A stretch of DNA of 64,000 nucleotides from Acidobacteriota bacterium (GTDB lineage Bacteria; Acidobacteriota; Vicinamibacteria; Vicinamibacterales; UBA2999): positions 81,489 to 145,488 of the forward strand of contig VFZN01000006.1 in assembly GCA_016871195.1 (NCBI GenBank). Reading direction: 5' to 3'. Numbering within the stretch: the stretch's first letter is position 1; every line of letters begins with the position of its first letter. The translations under genes were made by a program, and so were the position numbers. Below, one piece after another: positions 51,523-60,904 of the stretch. The notes beneath the pieces were generated by a model. The model saw nothing but the letters and a program-made list of their open reading frames with translations. It was not told the origin of the DNA and ran no database searches.

Positions 51523-52567
51523 ATCGTCCTGTGACGAGACGGCTGCGGCTGTCGTCGAGCGGGTGAGCGACGAGGCGCGGCCGTGGGTGCTGCGATCGAA
51601 TGTGGTGGCGTCGCAGACCGCGATTCACCGGGAATGGGGAGGCGTAGTGCCGGAACTGGCGTCACGCCAGCATGTGCGCGACATTCCGGGCGTGGTGCGC
51701 GAGGCGATGGCGCAGGCGGCGATCGGCTGGCCGCAGGTGGACGCGCTGGCGGTGACACAAGGCCCGGGGCTGGTGGGATCGCTGCTGGTGGGCATCGCCT
51801 TCGCGAAGAGCGCCGCATGGGCGCTGGGCCGTCCTCTCTTCGCCGTCCATCATCTGGCCGGGCACATCGAATCGCTGTGGCTCGAGCACGGACGGCTGGC
51901 GCTGCCGGCGGTCGTGCTGGTGGTGTCAGGCGGGCACACCAACCTCTATCTGGTGGCCCGCGACGGCGAGTATCAGCTGCTGGGACGCACGCGTGATGAT
52001 GCGGCTGGCGAGGCCTACGACAAGGTGGCCAAGCTGCTCGGCCTCGGATATCCCGGCGGACCGGTCATCGATCGGCTGGCGGCCGAGGGTGACCCGCTGG
52101 CGATCCGCTGGCCGGGCACGCGTCTGACGAATCGTGATCGGAACGCTCCCGAACGGGACGGACGGTTTGATTTCAGTTTCTCAGGTCTGAAGACGGCGGT
52201 GCTGCGGCATGTGCGGTTGCGGCAGGAAGCACTCGGCACCGCGCGGCTGCCCGACCACGAGGTGCGAGACATCGCCGCGAGCTTCCAGCGCCGTGTGGTC
52301 GAGACGCTGACCGACCGGCTGTTTCTGGCGGCGCGGTGGACCGGCGCGCGCAGCATCGGCATCGCCGGCGGGGTCTCGGCCAACCGCCAGCTGCGAGAGG
52401 CGGCTCAGGCGCGCGGCGCGGCGCTCGAGGTGCCTGTGTACGTGCCGAGACTGGCATTGTCGACCGACAACGCCGCCATGATTGCGGCGGCAGGCCTGCG
52501 GCAGTTCGAGCGAGGGCGCCTGGCGCCTGCGGACCTGAATGCGTCGGCGTCGCTGGCGCTGGTGTAA
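51503..52567 (+). CDS. tsaD: tRNA N6-adenosine threonylcarbamoyltransferase
   Basis: MHLLAIESSCDETAAAVV, HHLAGH metal motif, GGVSAN. Overlaps the mtnA 3' end by 20 nt. Confidence 0.94.
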   Translation: MHLLAIESSCDETAAAVVERVSDEARPWVLRSNVVASQTAIHREWGGVVPELASRQHVRDIPGVVREAMAQAAIGWPQVDALAVTQGPGLVGSLLVGIAFAKSAAWALGRPLFAVHHLAGHIESLWLEHGRLALPAVVLVVSGGHTNLYLVARDGEYQLLGRTRDDAAGEAYDKVAKLLGLGYPGGPVIDRLAAEGDPLAIRWPGTRLTNRDRNAPERDGRFDFSFSGLKTAVLRHVRLRQEALGTARLPDHEVRDIAASFQRRVVETLTDRLFLAARWTGARSIGIAGGVSANRQLREAAQARGAALEVPVYVPRLALSTDNAAMIAAAGLRQFERGRLAPADLNASASLALV

Positions 52568-52576
52568 GGTAGCGCC

Positions 52577-53179
52577 ATGCAGGTGACTCGAGAGGCCGCG
52601 TGGCGGCTGCTGACGGAATGGACACAGGGCGACAGCCTGAGGAAACACGCGCTGGCGGTCGATGCGGCGGTACGCGGCTACGCCCGGCTGCAGGGCGCCA
52701 GCGAGGACGAATGGGGCGCCGTCGCGCTGCTGCACGATTTCGACTACGAGCGCTATCCCACGCTCGGTGACCATCCGCTCAAGGGCTGCGAGCATCTGAC
52801 GGCGCTCGGCTACCCCGAGTGGGTCACACGCGCGATTCTGTCGCATGCGTGGGAATTCACGCAGGTGATGCCTGAGACCCCGCTCGAGCGGGCGCTGGTT
52901 GCATGCGATGAGATGGCCGGTTTCGTGACGGCCGCGGCTCTGGTGAGACCCAGCCGCAGCGTGCTCGATCTGGAAGCCTCGTCGGTGAAGAAGCGGATGA
53001 AGGACAAGGCGTTTGCGAGGGCCGTGCCTCGCGAGCACCTCGAGAAGGGTGCCGCACTGATGGGGCTGCCGCTCGAGCAGCACATCGCGCATGTGATTGC
53101 CTTCATGCGCCTCGAGGCCGATGCGCTCGGACTGCGCGGAACCGCAGGCGAGGGCTCCTCGTCTACCCCTTCTGCATGA
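52577..53179 (+). CDS. HD/HDIG-domain metal-dependent phosphohydrolase
   Basis: H...ALLHDFDYE...HP..G...L...GYPEWV..AILSHA pattern. About 200 aa. Confidence 0.75.
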   Translation: MQVTREAAWRLLTEWTQGDSLRKHALAVDAAVRGYARLQGASEDEWGAVALLHDFDYERYPTLGDHPLKGCEHLTALGYPEWVTRAILSHAWEFTQVMPETPLERALVACDEMAGFVTAAALVRPSRSVLDLEASSVKKRMKDKAFARAVPREHLEKGAALMGLPLEQHIAHVIAFMRLEADALGLRGTAGEGSSSTPSA

Positions 53180-54186
53180 ACACTGAGGCGCCGCCGCACC
53201 AGACCCCGACCGTCCCGCCCGGCGCGGTGGCACCGGTGGTGGCCTGCGAGGGTGTCTCGGTCTCCTACGGTTCGCACTGCGCCCTCAACAATGTATCCCT
53301 CGCATTCCCCGCAGGCGCAGTGGGGCTACTGGGCCCGAACGGCGCGGGGAAGAGCAGCCTGATCAAGGCCGTGCTCGGTCTGGTGACACCGGCCGCAGGC
53401 CGCATGACGGTGCTGGGCCGCGACGTGGCGGCTGACCCGATGGGTGTGCGGGCCCGCATCGGCTACATGCCTGAACACGATGCCCACATTCCCGGCATGA
53501 CGGCCGTTCGGTTTGTGGCGTATTGCGGGGAACTGGCTGGCCTGCCGCGCACCAGTGCGATGCAGCGGGCGCACGAAGTGCTGTTTTATGTAGGGCTGGG
53601 CGAAGCCCGCTATCGCTCCGTCGACACCTACTCGACGGGCATGAAGCAGCGTATCAAGCTCGCGCAGGCGCTGGTGCACGATCCCGACCTTCTGCTGCTC
53701 GACGAACCCACCAACGGTCTTGATCCCCGGGGCCGCGACGACATGCTGGGCCTCATTGCCGACCTCGCCCACCGCAAGGGCGTCAACCTTGTGCTGTCAT
53801 CGCACCTGCTGCCCGATGTGGAAGCGACGTGCCGGCACGTGGTGGTCATGCATCAGGGTGCCGTGGCGGCGGCGGGGCCGATGGCCACCCTGCTCGATCA
53901 GCAGGGTCACCTCTACGAGCTTCGGATCAAGGGGGATGGCGCAGCGTTCGCTGCGGCGCTGCGTGCAGCCGGTGTCGAGTGCCACGACACCGAGGAGACC
54001 ACCTGGCGTGTGACGGTGCCGCGGTCGGTCGCAGGCGCCGATGACGCGTCAGCCGACGGGCCCGATGCCGGCGTGCAGTGGCTGTGCGCCGTGGCGGTGC
54101 GCGAGGGGGTGCAGGTGCGACACGTGCGGGCGTCGATGCATTCACTGGAAGATGTGTTTGCGCGCGTGGTCGGGGGAGAGCGGTAA
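53176..54186 (+). CDS. ABC transporter ATP-binding protein (ABC-2 type, with C-terminal accessory domain)
   Basis: ATGA overlap with the HD gene. Walker [10 protein letters not shown], signature YSTGMKQR, Walker [13 protein letters not shown]. Confidence 0.9.
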   Translation: MNTEAPPHQTPTVPPGAVAPVVACEGVSVSYGSHCALNNVSLAFPAGAVGLLGPNGAGKSSLIKAVLGLVTPAAGRMTVLGRDVAADPMGVRARIGYMPEHDAHIPGMTAVRFVAYCGELAGLPRTSAMQRAHEVLFYVGLGEARYRSVDTYSTGMKQRIKLAQALVHDPDLLLLDEPTNGLDPRGRDDMLGLIADLAHRKGVNLVLSSHLLPDVEATCRHVVVMHQGAVAAAGPMATLLDQQGHLYELRIKGDGAAFAAALRAAGVECHDTEETTWRVTVPRSVAGADDASADGPDAGVQWLCAVAVREGVQVRHVRASMHSLEDVFARVVGGER

Positions 54187-54188
54187 GC

Positions 54189-55028
54189 ATGCCGATTCAC
54201 GATCAGGGCTACCAGCGCTATGGCGGTCTGCGTGTCGGACCGGGCCGTGCCTGGCAGGTCATCACGCGGGCGGGCATCGAGTCGTTTGTGGCCCGGCGGG
54301 CGTTTCTTGGATTGCTGCTGTTGTCGTGGACGCCGTTCCTCGCCGGCGCCGTGCAGGTGTACCTGTCGTCCAGCTTCGAGCAGGCGGCCTTCCTCGCCCC
54401 GAACAACAAGACCTACTGGGATTTTCTCGAACGACAGGGATCGTTCGCCTTCCTGATTACCGTCTGGGTCGGTGCCGGACTCATCGCCGACGATCGACGG
54501 GCCAACGCACTGTCGCTGTACCTGTCGAAGCCGCTGACTGTCACCGACTATGTCGTCGGCAAGCTGGCCATTCTGCTGCTGCTGCTGGCAGCGGTGATCT
54601 GGGCACCGGCCATGGCACTGCTGATCGTGCAGTCGGCCTTTGCCGGGTCTCTCGAGTTTGTGCGCACGCACGTGTCACTCGTGCCGGCCATCACCGTCTA
54701 CTCGCTGCTGGCCATGGGGCTGTCGTCGCTGACCATGCTGGCGCTGTCGTCGCTGTCGTCGAGCAGCCGGTTCGTCGGGACCATGTATGCGGGCGTGATT
54801 TTCTTCTCGCAGGCGATCACCCGCGTGCTCGCGTCGGCGACGGGCATGCCGGTCTGGAATCACCTGTCGCCACTTGGTGCTCTTGATCGGGTCGGGCAGT
54901 CGATCTTCGGACTCGACGGGGCCGGGCAACCCGGGCTCTGGCCGGCGATGGCCCTGCTGCTGGCGCTGGTGGTGAGCTCGGCGGCGGTGCTGCGCTGGCG
55001 GGTGCGTGGCATCGAGGTGGTGGCATGA
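54189..55028 (+). CDS. ABC-2-type transporter permease
   Basis: ATG 2 nt after the preceding stop. About 6 hydrophobic segments. LSLYLSKPLT motif common in this permease class. Confidence 0.7.
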   Translation: MPIHDQGYQRYGGLRVGPGRAWQVITRAGIESFVARRAFLGLLLLSWTPFLAGAVQVYLSSSFEQAAFLAPNNKTYWDFLERQGSFAFLITVWVGAGLIADDRRANALSLYLSKPLTVTDYVVGKLAILLLLLAAVIWAPAMALLIVQSAFAGSLEFVRTHVSLVPAITVYSLLAMGLSSLTMLALSSLSSSSRFVGTMYAGVIFFSQAITRVLASATGMPVWNHLSPLGALDRVGQSIFGLDGAGQPGLWPAMALLLALVVSSAAVLRWRVRGIEVVA

Positions 55029-55948
55029 CGCCGATCGTCACGGCCGTTCATCTGTCGAAGTGGTACGGCCAGGTCAGCGGACTGAATGACATCACGGTGA
55101 CGATTCCTCCGGGGATCACCGGCCTGCTTGGCCCGAACGGGGCGGGCAAGTCGACATTCATGAAGCTCATCACCGGACAGCTGCGGCCCAGTCAGGGGCA
55201 GCTGTCCGTGATGGGCGAACCGGCGTGGGGGAATCCCGATCTCTACCGCCGGATGGGGTTCTGCCCCGAGCAGGATGCGTTCTACGAGCGCATGACGGGC
55301 CTCGAATGGGTGACGGCACTGGTACGACTGAGCGGGTACGGCGAGGACGAGGCGCGCCAGGCTGCACGTGACGCTCTGGCCGTCGTCGATCTGCTGCCGG
55401 TGGCCGACCGGAAGATCGGGGCGTACAGCAAGGGCATGCGGCAGCGCGTCAAGCTCGCCCAAGCTCTGGCGCACCAGCCTGGGCTGGTGGTGCTCGACGA
55501 GCCGCTGACCGGCATGGATCCGCTGATGCGGCGTTCGACCATTCGAGCCATCAGGCAGTGGGCGAAGCAGGGGCGGCACGTCATTGTGTCGAGTCACATC
55601 CTGCATGAAGTCGAGGCGATGACGTCGAACATCCTGCTGATCAACAACGGCCGCATCGTCGCGGACGGCGATGTGCATCAGATTCGTGACCTGCTCGACA
55701 TGCATCCGCACACGGTGTCGCTGCGCGCAGCCGAGCCACGGCTGCTGGCCCGGCACCTGCTCCGCGAGGATGGCGTGCTGTCGCTGCGGCTCTCCGGTGA
55801 ATACCTCGTGGTGGAAACGCAGCGCCCCGATGCGTTCTATGCGCGTGTCACGGCACTGGCCGCCTCGGGTGAGGCGGGGACCATTGCGGCCATCGAGTCG
55901 ACCGATGACAACCTGCAGGCGGTATTCCGCTATCTGGTGAAGGCATGA
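55025..55948 (+). CDS. ABC transporter ATP-binding protein (second, distinct NBD)
   Basis: ATGA overlap. [28 protein letters not shown]. Confidence 0.9.
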   Translation: MTPIVTAVHLSKWYGQVSGLNDITVTIPPGITGLLGPNGAGKSTFMKLITGQLRPSQGQLSVMGEPAWGNPDLYRRMGFCPEQDAFYERMTGLEWVTALVRLSGYGEDEARQAARDALAVVDLLPVADRKIGAYSKGMRQRVKLAQALAHQPGLVVLDEPLTGMDPLMRRSTIRAIRQWAKQGRHVIVSSHILHEVEAMTSNILLINNGRIVADGDVHQIRDLLDMHPHTVSLRAAEPRLLARHLLREDGVLSLRLSGEYLVVETQRPDAFYARVTALAASGEAGTIAAIESTDDNLQAVFRYLVKA

Positions 55949-56763
55949 CGCGTCCCTACTGGACCTCGGCGTGGCGTGTGTTCGACCTGTCGGTGGGCGA
56001 GATGCTGTGGTCGCGCCGCACGGTCTTTATGGCACTCGTCGTCGGCCTGCCCGTGGTGGTGGCCGTGATTGTGCGCGTGCTGGACGTGTTCGGCATCGCG
56101 GCGCTGCGTGTCAATGGACAGGCGATGGGCGGCACGAGTCTGTTCGGGCTGATGTTGTGGCTGCTCTTCCTGCGGTTCGCGGTACCGGTGCTGGCGGTGT
56201 TCTACGGCACGGCGCTCATTGCCGATGAGGTAGACGACCGCACGCTGACGTATCTGTTCACCCGGCCGATTCCCCGCGGCAGCGTGCTGATCGGAAAGTA
56301 TTTCGCCTATCTGGCCTGCACCGCGCTGGTGGTGCTGCCCGGCGTGATGCTGACGTATTTCCTGCTGACGCCTGTCGCGCAGATTGGCGCCACCTTCGTG
56401 TCGTTGCTGATCGACCTCGGCATCCTCGCCGCAGGCCTGACGGCGTATGGCGCGCTCTTCGCGCTGGTCGGGGCGTGGTTCCGACGGCCACTCGTGGTGG
56501 CCCCGGCGTTCGTGTTCGGCTGGGAATCGGTGGTGCTGCTGCTGCCCGGGTCGCTCAAGCAGCTGACGGTGGCCTATTACCTTCAGGGACTCGTGCCGCA
56601 TGCGATGCCGGCCGATGGCGGTATCACGGCGCTGTTGCAGGGGCTGGTGACCGACGTGCCGTCGACGGCGGCCTCGCTGGGAGCCCTCGCCGCTATCACC
56701 GTGGGGGCCCTGTGGCTGGCGACGCGTGAGGTGGAACGGCGCGAGTATGTGCTTCCGCAGTAG
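55945..56763 (+). CDS. ABC-2-type transporter permease (second)
   Basis: ATGA overlap. Polytopic. LTYLFTRPIPRGSVLIGKY motif. Confidence 0.7.
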   Translation: MTRPYWTSAWRVFDLSVGEMLWSRRTVFMALVVGLPVVVAVIVRVLDVFGIAALRVNGQAMGGTSLFGLMLWLLFLRFAVPVLAVFYGTALIADEVDDRTLTYLFTRPIPRGSVLIGKYFAYLACTALVVLPGVMLTYFLLTPVAQIGATFVSLLIDLGILAAGLTAYGALFALVGAWFRRPLVVAPAFVFGWESVVLLLPGSLKQLTVAYYLQGLVPHAMPADGGITALLQGLVTDVPSTAASLGALAAITVGALWLATREVERREYVLPQ

Positions 56764-56829
56764 CATGTTTCAGGTCGGGATGGGAACCCGGCAGGGATGA
56801 CGACCGTATCAGGCTTCAGAGGCGACACG

Positions 56830-57834
56830 ATGACCAGACAGACCCGGGTGGCGATGATGGCGGGAGTGGGCGTGCTGACGCTGGGAATGGGTGCGGGACT
56901 GCTCGCAGTCTTCGGCCTGCCGGTGTCACTGGGGTCGGCGCCGGCCGGACCTCCCGAACTGCAGCATGTGCCACAGGAGGCGGCAGTCGTCGCGTACGCC
57001 GATGTGCGCCGCATGATGTCTTCAGACCTGCGGCAGCAGCTCGGTGCTCTGGCTGTGACTCCACAGGCCTCGACACCCAACGAATTCGAACAGCAGACGG
57101 GCTTGAACATCGAGCAGGATATCGACTCGGTGGTGGTCGCCCTCGTGCCCGCTGATGCGGGCGTGGACGGAGACCGCAGCCCGCACATGGTGGTGCTGGC
57201 CCGTGGCCGCTTCGAGGCATCGCGGCTCGAAGCCCTGGCCCTGCAGGAAGGGGGCGCCGCCACCGACTATCGCGGCATTCGCGTGCTGACCCTCAAGGAA
57301 TCAGAAGGGACGCCGGCGGCACTGGCATTTCTCGCCTCGGACCTCGTCGCATTCGGCCCGGCCCCGATGGTCCAGCGGGCCATCACCGCGTCGCTCGACC
57401 GTCGCAATGTGCTGTCGAACACGGACGTCATGCGCCTGGTGGCGCAGCACGACGGGATGCACGCGTGGGCCGTGGGTCGCTTCGATGATCTGATGTCCGC
57501 GGCGCGGGTCGACCCGGCGCAGGCTCCAGCCGGGCTGCCTGCGGTGTCGTGGGTCTCGGCGTCGGGCACCCTCGGCGCGTCGATCGATGGGGTGGTGACG
57601 GCCGAGGCGCGCGATGAGGCGGCGGCCGCGCAACTGCGTGATGTGGTGCGTGGCATGCTGGCGCTCGGTCAGCTGCAGGGCGGCAATGCGGCAGCGCCGG
57701 CGACCCTGGCCCAGGCCTTCCAGCTGAGCGGCGAGGGGCGCACGGTGGCGCTGTCATTCAGTGTGCCCACCGGGGCGCTGGTGGCGATGGCGCAGCAGGC
57801 TGCGGACGCCCGAGAGGCCCGGCCGGCACGCTAG
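56830..57834 (+). CDS. Membrane-anchored/secreted Ala-rich protein of unknown function
   Basis: ATG at 56830 after AGAGG. N-terminal hydrophobic segment VAMMAGVGVLTLGMGAGLLAVFG. No motif I recognise. Confidence 0.55.
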   Translation: MTRQTRVAMMAGVGVLTLGMGAGLLAVFGLPVSLGSAPAGPPELQHVPQEAAVVAYADVRRMMSSDLRQQLGALAVTPQASTPNEFEQQTGLNIEQDIDSVVVALVPADAGVDGDRSPHMVVLARGRFEASRLEALALQEGGAATDYRGIRVLTLKESEGTPAALAFLASDLVAFGPAPMVQRAITASLDRRNVLSNTDVMRLVAQHDGMHAWAVGRFDDLMSAARVDPAQAPAGLPAVSWVSASGTLGASIDGVVTAEARDEAAAAQLRDVVRGMLALGQLQGGNAAAPATLAQAFQLSGEGRTVALSFSVPTGALVAMAQQAADAREARPAR

Positions 57835-57845
57835 ACTTTCGAGAC

Positions 57846-58694
57846 ATGGCAATCACGACGGTCGGCGTGCTGGGCTGCGGCCTGATGGGCTCAGGGGTGG
57901 CTCAGGTAGCCGCCGGAGCGGGTTTCCGGACCATTGTTCTCGAGGCCAGCGACGCGGCGCTCGAGCGCGGCATGGGCCGCATCTCGAACTTCCTGAATGA
58001 CGGAGTCGCCAAGGGCAAGGTCACGGCCGAGGCGCGTGACACCACACTGGCGCACCTCTCCGGTACGACGCGATACACCGATCTGGCCCCCTGCGATCTG
58101 GTAATCGAGGCCATCATCGAAGACCGTGCCGCGAAAGCACGTGCCTATGCCGAGGTCGAGGCGGTGGTGTCGTCGACGTGCCTGCTGGCGTCGAATACCT
58201 CGTCACTCTGCATCACTGAGCTTGCGGCCGCGACCCGCCGCCCCGATCGCTTCGGCGGCCTGCACTTCTTCAACCCCGTGCCGCTCATGAAGCTGGTCGA
58301 GGTGATTCGTGCATTGCCCACCTCGAACGACACGGTCGATGCCCTGACGTCGTTCGCGCGTGCGCTGGGGAAAGAGCCCGTGACCGCTCCCGACCGGAGC
58401 GGCTTCATCGTCAATCGCCTGCTGATTCCGTATCTGCTCGATGCTATCCGCGGCTACGAGAGCGGCCTGGGCTCGCGCGAAGACATCGACGCGGCCATGA
58501 AGCTCGGGTGCGGTCACCCGATGGGGCCTCTGACGGTGGCCGACTTCATCGGACTCGACACCACGCTGTCGATTGCGAACATCATGTTCGACGAATATCG
58601 CGAGACGCGCTTTGCGCCACCCCCGCTGCTGAAGCAGATGGTGATGGCCGGGTACCTCGGCCGCAAGTCGGGTCGAGGTTTCTACAGCTATTGA
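57846..58694 (+). CDS. 3-hydroxybutyryl-CoA / 3-hydroxyacyl-CoA dehydrogenase
   Basis: Rossmann VGVLGCGLMGSGVAQ, HFFNPVPLMKLVEV, C-terminal dimerisation domain GRKSGRGFY. Confidence 0.9.
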   Translation: MAITTVGVLGCGLMGSGVAQVAAGAGFRTIVLEASDAALERGMGRISNFLNDGVAKGKVTAEARDTTLAHLSGTTRYTDLAPCDLVIEAIIEDRAAKARAYAEVEAVVSSTCLLASNTSSLCITELAAATRRPDRFGGLHFFNPVPLMKLVEVIRALPTSNDTVDALTSFARALGKEPVTAPDRSGFIVNRLLIPYLLDAIRGYESGLGSREDIDAAMKLGCGHPMGPLTVADFIGLDTTLSIANIMFDEYRETRFAPPPLLKQMVMAGYLGRKSGRGFYSY

Positions 58695-59473
58695 GGTTTG
58701 GGTGCGGGCGCGGCCTTGAGCCGTGCCAGCATGCGGCGCGCCGTCTCGCGGTGGCCCGCATCTTCGGCCGCCCAGGCGGGGTCGGTCGGTGCGTCGATGG
58801 CCGCCTGCGCCAGCCGCCGGGCCTCGGCGGGCTTCTTTCGTTCTTCCATCACCTCGGCGAGAAACACGAGGGTGATGACGCTGTCAGGCTTGCGGGCGAG
58901 TGCCGCCCGCAGGTGCGCTTCGGCCTTGTCGAGATCGCCACCGAACATCGATGGTACCTGCGCGTACCATCGGCCAAGCGCGCGGTCTGGCGACCCCTCG
59001 AGATAGGCGGGATCAAGACGACGGGCCTGTTCGAGTGCTGTGCGGATGGGAGTCCGGTACTTGAGCCCCTGACGCAGGCCGAAGGCTTCGGCGAGCGATC
59101 CCATGTTCGCCGCCATCCAGAAGAAGCCTTCCACACGTTCGGGCTGCAGCGTAGTCGCGAGACGCCCTCGGGCCATGCCCTTCTCGAGCGCCGCCCGGCG
59201 CTCGGCCGGCGGGGCTCCGGCCGTGCCGAGCCAGTAGTATGCACGTGCGAGCTTCCACGTGGCGTCGAAGTCGCCGGGCTGCGCCACGATCTGTGCTTCC
59301 CACAATGCAATCGCCCGCTGTCCGGCGCGCACATCACTGCGCGCCGCATAGAGGTCGTCGGCAGAGGCGGGATCCTGTGCGGTCGTTCCTGCATCAACAG
59401 TCGTGATGGCAACGCTGGCATTCCCCGAGATTGAGGGCCCGGTCGCCAATACCGCAATGTACAATACGGCCAT
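58688..59473 (-). CDS. TPR-like protein resembling the TatT component family
   Basis: Helical-repeat content ([42 protein letters not shown]). The start codon is very uncertain (ATG at 59473 or TTG at 59464/59449). Confidence 0.5.
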   Translation of the reverse strand: MAVLYIAVLATGPSISGNASVAITTVDAGTTAQDPASADDLYAARSDVRAGQRAIALWEAQIVAQPGDFDATWKLARAYYWLGTAGAPPAERRAALEKGMARGRLATTLQPERVEGFFWMAANMGSLAEAFGLRQGLKYRTPIRTALEQARRLDPAYLEGSPDRALGRWYAQVPSMFGGDLDKAEAHLRAALARKPDSVITLVFLAEVMEERKKPAEARRLAQAAIDAPTDPAWAAEDAGHRETARRMLARLKAAPAPKPQ

Positions 59474-60077
59474 GCAGGATCTCGTGCGACAGCTGCTCGC
59501 CCGGCTCGGAGAAGACCCCGATCGCGAAGGACTGGTGCGGACGCCGCTGCGTGTCGAGAAGGCGCTCAAGTTTCTGACCAGCGGGTATGACGCGAACATC
59601 GGTGAGGTGCTGAACGACGCGCTGTTCACTGTCGATTATAGCGAGATGGTGATCGTGCGCGACATCGACTTCTACAGCATGTGCGAGCATCACATGCTGC
59701 CATTTTTCGGCAAGTGTCACGTCGCTTACATCCCGAACGGCAAGGTCATCGGCCTCAGCAAGATTCCCCGTCTGGTCGACGTCTTCGCGCGTCGCCTGCA
59801 GGTGCAGGAGCGCATGACCAACCAGATTGCGGAAACCATCCGCGAGACGATTCACCCGCTCGGCGTGGCTGTGGTCTGCGAAGGCACCCATCTCTGCATG
59901 GCCATGCGCGGTGTCGAGAAGCAGAACTCGTACACCATCACCAGCGCGATGCTCGGCAGCTTCCGCGAAAACCCGCAGACACGCAGCGAGTTCCTTGAAC
60001 TGCTGAAGCTGCGTCCCGGTGCTCTGGGCCTGACCCGTGGCGGGCTCACCGTGCCGTCGGGGCATCATCTCGATTGA
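59472..60077 (+). CDS. folE: GTP cyclohydrolase I
   Basis: ATG at 59472, 6 nt after a TACAAT box. [18 protein letters not shown] and RLQVQERMT motifs. About 201 aa. Confidence 0.92.
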   Translation: MQDLVRQLLARLGEDPDREGLVRTPLRVEKALKFLTSGYDANIGEVLNDALFTVDYSEMVIVRDIDFYSMCEHHMLPFFGKCHVAYIPNGKVIGLSKIPRLVDVFARRLQVQERMTNQIAETIRETIHPLGVAVVCEGTHLCMAMRGVEKQNSYTITSAMLGSFRENPQTRSEFLELLKLRPGALGLTRGGLTVPSGHHLD

Positions 60078-60181
60078 TACGCCGGCAGCACATCTGACGT
60101 GACAGGCGGGGGGCAGCGCCACCCGTTTCACGTACGGTGCCTGCTGCACGCCGCTGCCCGGAACTGGCTATACTGGCGCAC

Positions 60182-60904
60182 ATGCGCCTGTTGCTGGCCC
60201 TCCTCATCGTCGGCCTCAGCCTTGACGCGGGCCTCGATGCGCAGAGCCGACGGTCGCGATCAGGTTCGCGTGCCCCTGCCAGACAGACCCCAGCCAGAAC
60301 CACTCCGGCGAAGCCGGCGGGGCCGACCCGTGTGCAGGCCACGCTGGTCTGTCCCTCTGAACTGGGTGTGGGCGTGACGACCCGGCGTACGTTCTGTGAT
60401 GTGCTGGCCGGACGCGACCCTGCGGCAGGCGTGCGCATCACGATTCCGCCGCATCGCGGACCGGTGACGCTGTCGTTCGAACTGCACAACCGTCACACCT
60501 ATTCGGACGACCAGATCAAAACGAAGACGGCGTACCGGAAATACACGGCGACGATTGGTGTGCTCAGTATGGACAACACGCTGGTGGACCGCGCGGTGAT
60601 TCAGTCGGAGTTCCGTCAGGCCGGCGACCTGTTCGACCGCATTGCCGGCGGTGCCGGTCCCGGTGGCGTGAAGGCCGTGGCTCCCACCGGCACCGAGTTC
60701 ATCTCGATGGAATTGCCGGAAGACATCGGCACCGAGGTCAGCGTGCTGGGCGAGAAGCTGACCGTGGTTCGTCCGGACGGGACGGATGTGTTCACGTCGG
60801 AAGGCCGCCCGGTGGCGACCATCAGCAACGTCATGGTCGAGTTCAGACCCGGGCCTGCGCCGCGCACGCCGGCCCCGGCACGCAAGCCGTCAGGCCGACG
60901 CTGA
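60182..60904 (+). CDS. Secreted protein of unknown function with basic Pro-rich termini
   Basis: ATG at 60182 gives signal peptide MRLLLALLIVGLSL. GCTATACT box ends 7 nt upstream. No recognised domain. Confidence 0.6.
   Translation: MRLLLALLIVGLSLDAGLDAQSRRSRSGSRAPARQTPARTTPAKPAGPTRVQATLVCPSELGVGVTTRRTFCDVLAGRDPAAGVRITIPPHRGPVTLSFELHNRHTYSDDQIKTKTAYRKYTATIGVLSMDNTLVDRAVIQSEFRQAGDLFDRIAGGAGPGGVKAVAPTGTEFISMELPEDIGTEVSVLGEKLTVVRPDGTDVFTSEGRPVATISNVMVEFRPGPAPRTPAPARKPSGRR

Noticed and set aside
59403-59471. Upstream ATG at 59403 as the folE start (224 aa).
   Set aside because: It would overlap the divergent TPR gene by about 70 nt. The added 23 residues are not GTP-cyclohydrolase-like. The ATG at 59472 is preceded at the optimal distance by a TACAAT box.
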